Shown here in pieces: positions 39,879 to 48,985 of a DNA stretch of 64,000 nt. The translations under genes and the position numbers were made by a program. Source of the stretch: an uncultured Rhodanobacter sp. (GTDB taxonomy: Bacteria; Pseudomonadota; Gammaproteobacteria; Xanthomonadales; Rhodanobacteraceae). Below the pieces are notes generated by a model that had not been told where the DNA came from, ran no database searches, and saw only the letters and a list, made by a program, of their open reading frames with translations. The stretch's first letter is position 1, and each line of letters starts with the position of its first letter. The stretch covers positions 9,857 to 73,856 of the forward strand of contig CBIHNO010000015.1 in NCBI GenBank assembly GCA_966211915.1, written 5' to 3'.

Positions 39879-41300
39879 ATGAGCACAGTGCACACGACAG
39901 ATGGATCGGTTCAGCACGCCACCACGCGGGTAGTGCTGATCTCGGCAGCAGCAGCGCTGGGCGGCTTCCTGTTCGGTTTCGATACGGCAGTGATCAACGG
40001 CGCCGTCGATGCGATCCGTGGGGCCTTCGCGCTGGATGCGGCACAGACCGGTTTCGCGGTGTCGTGCGCCTTGCTCGGTTCGGCGCTGGGCGCCTGGTAT
40101 GCCGGCATGCTGGCGAACCGCTGGGGCCGCGTGCGTACCATGCAGGTGGCGGCGGTGCTGCTGGTCGCCAGCGCGCTGGGTTCGGGCCTGGCGAACGCGG
40201 TGTGGCAGCTGATCCTGTGGCGACTGGTCGGCGGCATCGGCGTCGGCGTGGCCTCGGTGATCGCACCGACCTATATCGCCGAAGTGTCGCCCGCGTACAT
40301 CCGCGGTCGACTCGGCTCGATGCAGCAGCTGGCGATCGTGCTTGGCATCTTCGCCGCATTGCTCAGCGATGCGTGGCTGGCCGGTGCGGCTGGCGGCTCG
40401 GCGCTGCCGTCTTGGCTGGGGCTGGCCGCCTGGCGCTGGATGTTCCTGGTGGCGGTGCTGCCGGCACTGGTCTACGGCACCCTGGTGCTGGGCGTGCCGG
40501 AATCGCCGCGCTATCTGGTCGCCAAGGGTCGTCTGGCCGAAGCCAGGGTGGTGCTGCGCAGTGTGCTGGACATGCACGACGAAGCTGCGCTGGACAGCAA
40601 GCTGCATGACATCGAGGACAGCCTGCGCTCGGAACACCAGCCGCGCCTCAGCGACCTGCGCGGCAAGACCGCCGGCCTGCTGCCGGTGGTATGGGTCGGC
40701 ATCCTGCTGTCGGTGTTCCAGCAGTTCGTCGGCATCAACGTGATCTTCTATTACTCCTCGACTCTTTGGCATTCGGTTGGCTTCAGCGAGGCAGACTCGT
40801 TCACGATTACTGTGGCCACCTCGGTGGTCAACGTGCTGGTCACCCTGGTGGCGATTGCGCTGGTCGACAAGATCGGCCGCAAGCCCTTGCTGGTGATCGG
40901 CTCGGCCGGCATGGCGATCACCCTCGGACTGATGGCCTGGTGCTTCTCGCAGGCCACCGGCAGTGGCGCCACGCTGAGTCTGCCCGGAGCGACCGGTATC
41001 GTGGCGCTGATCGCGGCGAATGCCTATGTGGTGTTCTTCGGGGTGAGCTGGGGGCCGGTGGTATGGGTGCTGCTGGGCGAGATGTTCCCGAACCGCATCC
41101 GCGCCACCGCGCTGGCGGTGGCCGCGGCGGCGCAGTGGCTGGCCAACTTCGCGATCACCAGCAGTTTCCCGGCGCTGGCCGAGATCGGCCTCACCTTCGC
41201 CTACGGCCTGTATGCCGGTTTCGCGCTGCTGTCGCTGCTGTTCGTGCTGTACGCCGTGCGCGAGACCAAGGGTGTCGAGCTGGAGGACATGCGCGCATGA
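39879..41300 (+). CDS. Sugar porter family MFS transporter (glucose-type)
   Basis: GGFLFGFDTAVINGA, YIAEVSP..RGRLG, PESPRYL, QQFVGINVIFYY, EMFPNRIR, ETKG. Confidence 0.93.
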   Translation: MSTVHTTDGSVQHATTRVVLISAAAALGGFLFGFDTAVINGAVDAIRGAFALDAAQTGFAVSCALLGSALGAWYAGMLANRWGRVRTMQVAAVLLVASALGSGLANAVWQLILWRLVGGIGVGVASVIAPTYIAEVSPAYIRGRLGSMQQLAIVLGIFAALLSDAWLAGAAGGSALPSWLGLAAWRWMFLVAVLPALVYGTLVLGVPESPRYLVAKGRLAEARVVLRSVLDMHDEAALDSKLHDIEDSLRSEHQPRLSDLRGKTAGLLPVVWVGILLSVFQQFVGINVIFYYSSTLWHSVGFSEADSFTITVATSVVNVLVTLVAIALVDKIGRKPLLVIGSAGMAITLGLMAWCFSQATGSGATLSLPGATGIVALIAANAYVVFFGVSWGPVVWVLLGEMFPNRIRATALAVAAAAQWLANFAITSSFPALAEIGLTFAYGLYAGFALLSLLFVLYAVRETKGVELEDMRA

Positions 41301-41456
41301 AGATCACGGGCCACGGCCAGTCCCGGGCGGTGGCGCCGGATTGCCCCTGCAGCGGCGAGCGCCGGGCGGTATACGACAGGCGGCGCGCAAACCGGCTAGG
41401 ATTCGGAACGGTCGGCGTTTCGCCGTCAGGCACGTGGATTCCGGATCAAGCTGCGG

Positions 41457-42479
41457 ATGAAGGTAAAAGCCACCTCGATCGACATCGCTCACCTGACCGG
41501 GGTTTCCCAGGCCACGGTGTCGCGCGCGTTGCGCGGCAGCCCGCTGGTCAATGAGGAAACCCGGCGGCGCATCCAGGCCGCCGCCGAGCAGCTCAACTAC
41601 AAGGTCGACAAGAACGCGTCGAACCTGCGCCGGATGCACACCGGCACGCTGGCGCTGCTGTTCTTCGAGGATCCGACCGCCGACGAATCCCACATCAACC
41701 CGTTCTTCCTGTCGATGCTCGGCTCGATCACCCGCGCCTGCGCGCGGCAGGGCTATGACCTGCTGATCTCGTTCCAGCAGTTCTCGCGCGACTGGCACGC
41801 CGATTTCGCCGACAGCAAGAAGGCCGACGGCATCATCCTGCTCGGCTACGGCGACTACCTGGCCTATACCGACAAGCTGGACAAGCTCGTCGCCCAGGGC
41901 ACCCGCTTCGTGCGCTGGGGCGCCGTGCTGCCGGACCAGCCCGGTGTCTCGATCGGTTGCGACAACTTCCGCGGCGGCCAGGCGGTGGCGGAACACCTGC
42001 TGGAACGCGGCTGCCGCCGCATCGCCTTCCTCGGCGACGCCTCCAGCCATTACCCGGAATTCTTCGGACGCTATCGCGGCTACGTCGACGCCTTGCAGCA
42101 GGCCGGCGTGGACATCGACGAAGCGTTGCAGGAAAACGCCGAGAGCACCGAACGCTCCGGCTACGAAGCGATGCGCACGCTGATCACCCGCGAATTCGGT
42201 TTCGATGCGGTGTTCGCCGCCAGCGACCTGATCGCGATCGGCGCCATGCGTGCGCTCAGCGACCATGGCCTGCGCGTGCCGCAGGATGTCGCGCTGGCCG
42301 GCTTCGACGACATCGCCATGGCCAGTTTCGTCAACCCGCCGCTGACCACGATCCTGCAGGACACCAAGCAGGCCGGCGAAGTCCTCGTCGACAGCCTGCT
42401 CGGCCTGATCCGCGGCGAGCCGGTCGACAGCGAAGTGCTGCCGGTGAAGCTGATGGTGCGGCGGTCGAGCCTGCGCTGA
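41457..42479 (+). CDS. LacI family transcriptional regulator (maltose/glucose regulator-like)
   Basis: HTH TSIDIAHLTGVSQATVSRAL, GFDDI and PPLTTI motifs. Confidence 0.9.
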   Translation: MKVKATSIDIAHLTGVSQATVSRALRGSPLVNEETRRRIQAAAEQLNYKVDKNASNLRRMHTGTLALLFFEDPTADESHINPFFLSMLGSITRACARQGYDLLISFQQFSRDWHADFADSKKADGIILLGYGDYLAYTDKLDKLVAQGTRFVRWGAVLPDQPGVSIGCDNFRGGQAVAEHLLERGCRRIAFLGDASSHYPEFFGRYRGYVDALQQAGVDIDEALQENAESTERSGYEAMRTLITREFGFDAVFAASDLIAIGAMRALSDHGLRVPQDVALAGFDDIAMASFVNPPLTTILQDTKQAGEVLVDSLLGLIRGEPVDSEVLPVKLMVRRSSLR

Positions 42480-42536
42480 CTGCGTGTGGCAAATGACGGG
42501 TCGTGCGAGCAGGTCGCCGCGACATCGGCAGTGTGT

Positions 42537-43451
42537 TCAGGCTGGCACGGGCAACCCCTGAATCAAGCGTTTTGCCAGCCGTGGTTGGCGCAACTGCTCC
42601 AGCCACCAGAGCAGTGCGCGGCCTTCATGGTCACTGTGCCAGGCGACGTACAGGATGTTCGGTTCGCGCGAATCGGCTACCCGCTTTTCCATCAGCAGGT
42701 TCTCCTTGAGCAGGGCATCTGCCCGATGGCGCGGAAGCCAGCCCACGCCGAGGCCGTCGCGCTGGGCCAGGATCTTTGCGCGCATGCTCGGTACCGCCAG
42801 CGTGGCTTGTCCGCCGAGCACACCATAGGCGCGGCCGGCGTTGCGCGAGGAGTCGGCCACAACTACCGCGCGATGCTGGCTTATCACTTCTTGCGACAAC
42901 GGCTCGGCCGCCTTCGCCAACGGATGGCGCGTGGCGACGGCGAATACCCATTCCATCGCGCCCAGTTCGAACCAGCGCAGCTTGGGCATCGCCGGCGGCT
43001 CGTTGGTGGCGCCGACCACCAGGTCTGCACGGCCTTCGCGCAATGCTTCCCATGTACCGCCGAGCACCTCGTGGGTGAGGCGTAGGCGCACGCCCGACTG
43101 CAGCGCATCGAACGCGCGGATCACCGGCAGCAGCGACTCGAACTCAAGTATCTCGTCGGTGACGATGTGCAGCCGATCCTCCCAGCCGCTGGCGACCTGT
43201 TTCACCCGCTGACTCAGCCGCGTCACGTCCTGCACCAGCCGCGCGGCCTCCCGCGTCAGCAGCTCGCCAGCCGGCGTGAGCTGCAGGCGATAACGGCGAC
43301 GGTCGAACAGCAGCGCGTCGAAACGTGTTTCCAGCTGGCGCGCCGCGTGCGAGATCGTCGAGGGCGCCTTGCCCAGCCGTGCCGCTGCGCGGGACAGGCT
43401 GCCACTGTCGCGGATGGCCTCCAGCAGGGCCAGTTCGTCGTCGGACAACAT
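42537..43451 (-). CDS. LysR family transcriptional regulator
   Basis: SGSLSRAAARLGKAPSTISHAARQLE HTH. Divergent from an SDR gene. Confidence 0.9.
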   Translation of the reverse strand: MLSDDELALLEAIRDSGSLSRAAARLGKAPSTISHAARQLETRFDALLFDRRRYRLQLTPAGELLTREAARLVQDVTRLSQRVKQVASGWEDRLHIVTDEILEFESLLPVIRAFDALQSGVRLRLTHEVLGGTWEALREGRADLVVGATNEPPAMPKLRWFELGAMEWVFAVATRHPLAKAAEPLSQEVISQHRAVVVADSSRNAGRAYGVLGGQATLAVPSMRAKILAQRDGLGVGWLPRHRADALLKENLLMEKRVADSREPNILYVAWHSDHEGRALLWWLEQLRQPRLAKRLIQGLPVPA

Positions 43452-43558
43452 GTGCAATTCCTTCGAACGAGTTCGTCGAAACGATGGTACGGCAAACGGT
43501 GGGGCGACGATCAAGCTGACCTCACTGAAGCAGCACCCACCATTCACTGGAGCACATC

Positions 43559-44308
43559 ATGAATCGTTTCGAAGGCAAGTCCGTACTCGTTACCGGCGGC
43601 AGCAGCGGCATCGGCCTGGCTACCGCGCAGGCATTCGCCGCCGAAGGCGCGCGCGTTGTTATCACCGGCCGCGATGCCGCCGCGCTGGCGCAGGCCAAAG
43701 CCACCCTCGGCGCGCGTTCGATCGCGCTCCGCAACGACGCTGGCGCGATCGCCGACGCGAAGGAACTAGCCGCCCTACTGGCTAGTCAGGACATCCTGCT
43801 CGATGCCGTCTTCATCAACGCCGGTAGTGCGAAGTTCGCGTCGTTCGCCGAGGTCGACGAGGCGATGTGGGATCAGGGCTTCGATACCAACGTCAAGGGC
43901 GCCTACTTCCAGCTGCAGGCGCTGTTGCCGCGGCTCAACGCCGGTGCCTCGATCGTGCTCAACGGTTCGATCAATGCGCACATCGGCATGCCGAATTCGT
44001 CCGTCTACGCCGCCAGCAAGGCCGCGCTGATCTCGCTGGCGAAGACGCTGTCGGCCGAACTGCTGCCGCGCGGTGTTCGCGTCAACGTGGTGAGCCCGGG
44101 CCCGATCAGCACGCCCCTGTACGGCAAACTCGGCATGGACGCGGCTGCCCTCGAAGCCACCGCCGCGCAGATCCAGTCGCAGGTGCCGCTGGGCCGTTTC
44201 GGCGAAGCGCGCGAGGTCGCCGCCACGGTGTTGCATCTGGCTGCACCGGAGTCGGCCTTCATCGTCGGCACCGAGATCGTCATCGATGGCGGCATGAGCC
44301 AGCTCTGA
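43559..44308 (+). CDS. SDR family oxidoreductase
   Basis: TGGSSGIG, NAG, YAASKAA, NVVSPGP. Confidence 0.92.
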   Translation: MNRFEGKSVLVTGGSSGIGLATAQAFAAEGARVVITGRDAAALAQAKATLGARSIALRNDAGAIADAKELAALLASQDILLDAVFINAGSAKFASFAEVDEAMWDQGFDTNVKGAYFQLQALLPRLNAGASIVLNGSINAHIGMPNSSVYAASKAALISLAKTLSAELLPRGVRVNVVSPGPISTPLYGKLGMDAAALEATAAQIQSQVPLGRFGEAREVAATVLHLAAPESAFIVGTEIVIDGGMSQL

Positions 44309-44340
44309 CCGTCGCACTGGCACGCCGGTTCGGCAGGTTT

Positions 44341-44393
44341 GAACAAGGCCGGGCGTGTTCGTGAAAGACCGGCGGCAAAGTCGGCGCGATCGT
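44341..44393 (+). promoter_or_regulatory. Putative activator-dependent promoter (box-N13-box-N20-hexamer)
   Basis: GAACAAG (44341-47), N13, GTGAAAG (44361-67), N20, GATCGT (44388-93). Same spacing as the two sites at 52.1-52.2 kb. Confidence 0.5.
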
Positions 44394-44461
44394 CGGCCTC
44401 GCCGCCACCGAACTCCCGCTGCAACGTACTGCGTTGCAGCGAACCCTCAAGGAGTATCCCC

Positions 44462-45418
44462 ATGCATCTTTTCCGGAAGTCCCTGTGGCCCCTGCTGCTC
44501 GCCTGCGTCACGTGGGTTCCGCCGGCGTCGCTGCAAGCGACAGGCGCGCCATCGTCGATCCAGCCCATCGAAAGCGATTACGCCACTGCCAACGGCCTGC
44601 GCTTGCATTACCTCAAGGCCGGGCAGGGCGATGCAACACCGATCATCCTGCTGCACGGCTACACCGATACCAGTCACATGTGGCTGCCGCTTATCTCGCA
44701 TCTGGACGACGGCCGCGAGGTGATCGCGCCCGACCTGCCCGGTGCCGGCGACTCGGCGATACCGCCGAGCGGCTACGACAAGAAGACCCTGGCGCAGGAC
44801 ATCCATGCGCTGGTGCAGCAACTCGGTTATCACAAGGTCAAGATCGTCGGTCACGACATCGGCCTGATGGTGGCCTACGCGTATGCGGCGCAGTACCCGG
44901 ATGAAGTCGAGAGCATCGTGCTGATGGATGCGTTCCTGCCCGGCGTCGGCGACTGGCAGAAGGTCTGGTTGCTGCGCGACAAATGGCATTTCAATTTCTA
45001 TGGCGCGACGCCCGAGGCGCTGGTCAAGGGGCGTGAGCGCATCTACTTCGAGCATTTCTGGAACGACTTCGCCGCCGATCCGAAACATTCGGTGCCCGAG
45101 GCCGATCGCGAGTTCTACACCGCGGCCTATGCCAAGCCGGGGCGCATGCGTGCCGGTTTCGAATACTTCCACGCTTTCACCCAGGATGCGCAGGATTTCG
45201 CCAGTTTCGCCAAGACGCCGTTGCACATGCCGATGCTGGTGCTGGCTGGCGAGAAGGCTTCCGGCCAGTTCCTGATCGACCAGGCTCGGCTGGTGGATAC
45301 CGACGTGCACGGTGTGATCGTCAAGGGCTCGGGCCATTGGCTGATGGAAGAAGCCCCCGCACAAACCATTCCGGCGCTGGTGCAGTTTCTCGACCAGCCC
45401 ACACCACCACGGCAATGA
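44462..45418 (+). CDS. Exported alpha/beta hydrolase, epoxide hydrolase/dehalogenase class
   Basis: Signal peptide (SLQA), HGY oxyanion motif, GHDIG Asp nucleophile, C-terminal GHWLMEE catalytic His. Confidence 0.85.
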   Translation: MHLFRKSLWPLLLACVTWVPPASLQATGAPSSIQPIESDYATANGLRLHYLKAGQGDATPIILLHGYTDTSHMWLPLISHLDDGREVIAPDLPGAGDSAIPPSGYDKKTLAQDIHALVQQLGYHKVKIVGHDIGLMVAYAYAAQYPDEVESIVLMDAFLPGVGDWQKVWLLRDKWHFNFYGATPEALVKGRERIYFEHFWNDFAADPKHSVPEADREFYTAAYAKPGRMRAGFEYFHAFTQDAQDFASFAKTPLHMPMLVLAGEKASGQFLIDQARLVDTDVHGVIVKGSGHWLMEEAPAQTIPALVQFLDQPTPPRQ

Positions 45419-45441
45419 CCGGCACGGCGCAGGAGTACGGC

Positions 45442-46194
45442 ATGAGCAACAAACTGCAAGACAAGGTTGCCTTGATCACCGGCGGTACCGCCGGGATCGG
45501 GCTGGCCACGGCAAGAGCCTTCATCGATGCAGGCGCGTTCGTCTACGTCACCGGTCGGCGTCAGCCTGAACTGGATGCGGCAGTTGCCGCGCTGGGGCCG
45601 CAAGCGGCCGGCGTGCGCACCGACGCAGCCTGTCTCGATGATGTCCGTGGTCTGTTCGCGCGTATCGCCGAGGACCATGGCCGGCTCGACATCCTCTACG
45701 CCAATGCCGGGTTCTATGAATTCGGCCGGCTCGGCGAAATCACCGAAGAACACGTCGACCGCAGTTTCGATACCAATGTGCGCGGGCTGATCTTCGCCAT
45801 GCAGGGCGCTTTGCCGCTGATGACCAGCGGCAGCTCGGTGATCCTCACCGGTTCCATCGTGGCCAACAAGGGTGCGGAAGCGTTCAGCATCTACGCGGCG
45901 AGCAAGGCGGCGGTGCGTTCGCTGGCGCGCAGCTGGGCCGCCGAACTGAAGGATCGCGGCATCCGCGTCAACGTGGTCAGCCCCGGGCCGATCGACACGC
46001 CCGGACTGGGCGGCCTGGCCGACGATGCAGCCTCGCTGGATCAGCTGAAGAAGCATCTGGTCTCGACCGTGCCGATGGCGCGGATGGGACGGCCGGACGA
46101 AGTGGCCAGGGCCGTAGTGTTCCTCGCCTCGGACGAGGCGAGCTTCATCACCGGCAGCGATCTCGCCGTCGACGGCGGTGCCGGTCAGATCTGA
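45442..46194 (+). CDS. SDR family oxidoreductase
   Basis: TGGTAGIG, NAG, YAASKAA, NVVSPGP. Confidence 0.92.
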   Translation: MSNKLQDKVALITGGTAGIGLATARAFIDAGAFVYVTGRRQPELDAAVAALGPQAAGVRTDAACLDDVRGLFARIAEDHGRLDILYANAGFYEFGRLGEITEEHVDRSFDTNVRGLIFAMQGALPLMTSGSSVILTGSIVANKGAEAFSIYAASKAAVRSLARSWAAELKDRGIRVNVVSPGPIDTPGLGGLADDAASLDQLKKHLVSTVPMARMGRPDEVARAVVFLASDEASFITGSDLAVDGGAGQI

Positions 46195-46304
46195 GTGTTG
46201 CCGCAGTTTATTTGCACGGCTTCAGCGGCGCACTGAAGGTGCCGCTGGAGAAGATTCTGGAGAAGGCTGCAAGCACCGCAGGTGAGACATCGAGGACTAT
46301 CCAT

Positions 46305-47792
46305 ATGTCGCGGCTTTCACATCGCATATCGAAGCTGACCATCCTGTTGCTCGCACTGTTGCTGGCCGGCTGCGCCAGCATGCGCGGCTTGTACACCCAT
46401 GCGCGCGCGCTCGATCCCGATCAGCTCGATACCCGCCAGAGCATGGCGGACGTTGCGTTCTCGCCGGCAGCGTGGCCGAAAGATGCATGGTGGACGGATT
46501 TCGGCGATGCCCAGCTGGACAAGATCATCACCGACGCACTGAGTGGCCAGCCCGGCCTGCGCATGGCCGAGGCGCGTGTACGCCAGGCGGAGGCGGCGGC
46601 GAGCGCGGTCGGCGCGTCGCTGTATCCGCAGGTCAACGCCAGTCTGAAGAGCACGCGCCAGCGTTTCAGCGCGGATGGCACCGTGCCGCCACCGATCGCC
46701 GGCAGTTGGCAGACCATCAACGATCTCTCGCTCGGGCTCAACTACGAGCTGGATTTCTGGGGCAAGAACCGTGCGGCGGTGAATGCCGAACTTGGCCGGA
46801 CTCATGCGGCCGAGGTCGATCTGCAGGCCGCGCGGCTGATGCTCGCCACCGCGCTGGCACGGACCTATCTGCGGCTCGACCTGGCCTACGCCCAGCGTGA
46901 CCTGGCCCAGGACACACTGAAGCAGCGCGAACAGATTCTCGAACTCACGCGTCGTCGCGTCGCTGCACAGATCGATTCCCGACTGGAGCTGACCCAGGCC
47001 GAGGCCGCGTTACCGGCCACGCGCGAACGCATCGCCGCACTCGACGAATCGATCGCGCTGCTCGGCAACCAGCTCGCCGCATTGCAGGGCAAGGGCCCGG
47101 ACACGGGGCTGGCAATTCGCCGGCCGCAGCTGGCGGCGATTGATGCGGTGAGCCTGCCGTCCAGCCTTCCTGCCGAATTGATTGGTCGGCGTCCCGACGT
47201 CGTGGCCGATCGCTGGCGCGTCGAGGCGGCGAGTCAGGACATCAAGGTGGCCAAGGCCGGGTTCTATCCCAACATCAGCCTCAACGCACTGGTCGGCTTG
47301 CAGAGTCTGGGCTTCGATCAGCTCCTCGACGCCGGCAGCCGCGTGCTCGGCATCGGCCCGGCGATCTCGCTGCCGATCTTCGACGGCGGCCGTTTGCGCG
47401 GCTATCTCGGCACGCGTCAGGCCGGCTATGACGCGGCGGTCGAACACTACAACGCCACCGTGATCACCGCTGTGCACGACGTGGTCGACCAGCTGGTATC
47501 GCTGCACTGGCTGCAGGAACAGATGCAGCAGGAGGATCAGGCGCTGCAACTCAACCAGCGCACCTACGAACTTGCGCAGGCGCGCTATCGCAGCGGTCTG
47601 GCCAACTACCTGCAGGTACTCAGTGCCGAGACCCAGGTATTGGCGCAGAAGCAGTTGGTGATCGCATCGCAGTCACGCCAGCGAGAGCTGCGCCTGAACC
47701 TGATCCGCGCCCTCGGTGGCGGCTATCAACCCGCTGCTGTGCTGCTGCCGGCCAGCGTTGCCCAAGCCCATATCCGGGGGAGCAAGTCATGA
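46305..47792 (+). CDS. Efflux outer membrane lipoprotein, NodT/TolC family
   Basis: Lipobox LLAGC, WWTDFGD, YELDFWG, RRPDV, LPIFDGG, LIRALGGG. Confidence 0.92.
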   Translation: MSRLSHRISKLTILLLALLLAGCASMRGLYTHARALDPDQLDTRQSMADVAFSPAAWPKDAWWTDFGDAQLDKIITDALSGQPGLRMAEARVRQAEAAASAVGASLYPQVNASLKSTRQRFSADGTVPPPIAGSWQTINDLSLGLNYELDFWGKNRAAVNAELGRTHAAEVDLQAARLMLATALARTYLRLDLAYAQRDLAQDTLKQREQILELTRRRVAAQIDSRLELTQAEAALPATRERIAALDESIALLGNQLAALQGKGPDTGLAIRRPQLAAIDAVSLPSSLPAELIGRRPDVVADRWRVEAASQDIKVAKAGFYPNISLNALVGLQSLGFDQLLDAGSRVLGIGPAISLPIFDGGRLRGYLGTRQAGYDAAVEHYNATVITAVHDVVDQLVSLHWLQEQMQQEDQALQLNQRTYELAQARYRSGLANYLQVLSAETQVLAQKQLVIASQSRQRELRLNLIRALGGGYQPAAVLLPASVAQAHIRGSKS

Positions 47793-48958
47793 ATACGGAT
47801 ACCTCCATGCCGGCGGCCGTATCGTCACCTGTGGCGCCGGCGCATTCGCGTCTCACCCAGTGGCTCGGCCTGGCGGTCGTGTTGTTCGTGGTGATTGGCG
47901 TGGCGTTGTGGTGGCTGCTTGCGGGTCAGTACCGCGAGACTACCGAAGACGCCTTCGTCGATGGCAATGTGGTGGCGGTAACTGCGCAGGTCACCGGCGT
48001 GGTCACCGCGATCGGCGCGGACGACACCGACTACGTCAGCGCCGGCAGCGAGCTGGTCAGGCTCGACGACACCGACGCCCGGCTCGCCCTGTCGCGCGCT
48101 GAAGCGCAGCTGGCACGCAGCGTGCGTCAGGTACGCGCGCAGTATGCCAACGTCGGCCAGACCCGCGCCAACGTGCAGCTGCGCGAGGTGGAACTGACCA
48201 GGGCGAAGGCGGATCTCGCACGCCGGCATGAACTGGTTGAGGGTGGCGCGATCTCCGGCGAGGAAGTGAAGCATGCCGAGGATGCCGTCCACGCCGCCAC
48301 CGCCGCACTCGGCGTGGCCCGTCAGCAAATGGTCGGTAGCAGTGCGCTGGTCGACCGTACCTCGATTGCTGGCAACCCGGATGTGCTGGCCGCTGCCTCA
48401 CAGGTGCGCGATGCCTGGATCGCGGTCTGCCGCACCAAGGTGCCCGCACCGGTCACCGGCATGGTGACCAAACGCAACGTGCAACTCGGGCAGAAGATCA
48501 ATCCGGGTATCGCCCTGATGTCGGTGGTGCCACTGGATCACCTGTGGGTCGATGCGAACTTCAAGGAGTCGCAGTTGCGGCATATCCGCATCGGCCAGAA
48601 GGTGCAGCTGATCGCCGATGTATACGGCGACGACGTGGTCTACAGCGGCACCGTGGTCGGGCAGGAGGCCGGCACCGGCAGTGCGTTCTCGCTGCTTCCG
48701 GCGCAGAACGCCACCGGCAACTGGATCAAGGTGGTGCAGCGCGTGCCGGTGCGCATCGCGCTGGATCCGCAGCAGGTGGCGAAGCACCCGCTGCAACTGG
48801 GCCTGTCGATGAAGGTCAGCGTGGCCACGCGCCAGCGCGATGGCAGCCGGCTGGTCACGCCGGGTTCGCAGGAGCACGGCTATCGCACCGACGTGTTCGC
48901 GAACGAGTTGGCCAAGGCGGATGCCGTGGTCGACAAGATCATCGCGGCCAACCAGTAA
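47789..48958 (+). CDS. EmrA/HlyD family membrane fusion protein
   Basis: TEDAFVDG, WVDANFKE, GTGSAFSLLPAQNATGNWIKVVQRVPVRI. Confidence 0.93.
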   Translation: MNTDTSMPAAVSSPVAPAHSRLTQWLGLAVVLFVVIGVALWWLLAGQYRETTEDAFVDGNVVAVTAQVTGVVTAIGADDTDYVSAGSELVRLDDTDARLALSRAEAQLARSVRQVRAQYANVGQTRANVQLREVELTRAKADLARRHELVEGGAISGEEVKHAEDAVHAATAALGVARQQMVGSSALVDRTSIAGNPDVLAAASQVRDAWIAVCRTKVPAPVTGMVTKRNVQLGQKINPGIALMSVVPLDHLWVDANFKESQLRHIRIGQKVQLIADVYGDDVVYSGTVVGQEAGTGSAFSLLPAQNATGNWIKVVQRVPVRIALDPQQVAKHPLQLGLSMKVSVATRQRDGSRLVTPGSQEHGYRTDVFANELAKADAVVDKIIAANQ

Positions 48959-48985
48959 TCACCGGCACAGCGAGAGATCATCGCC

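Noticed and set aside
43462-43480. TTCGA-N9-TCGAA inverted repeat as a LysR site
   Set aside because: Plausible position between the divergent genes, but it does not fit T-N11-A cleanly. Too weak to call.
44318-44332. Sigma54-like TGGCAC-N5-TTCG
   Set aside because: The -12 element is TTCG rather than TTGC, and no enhancer-binding protein is nearby.
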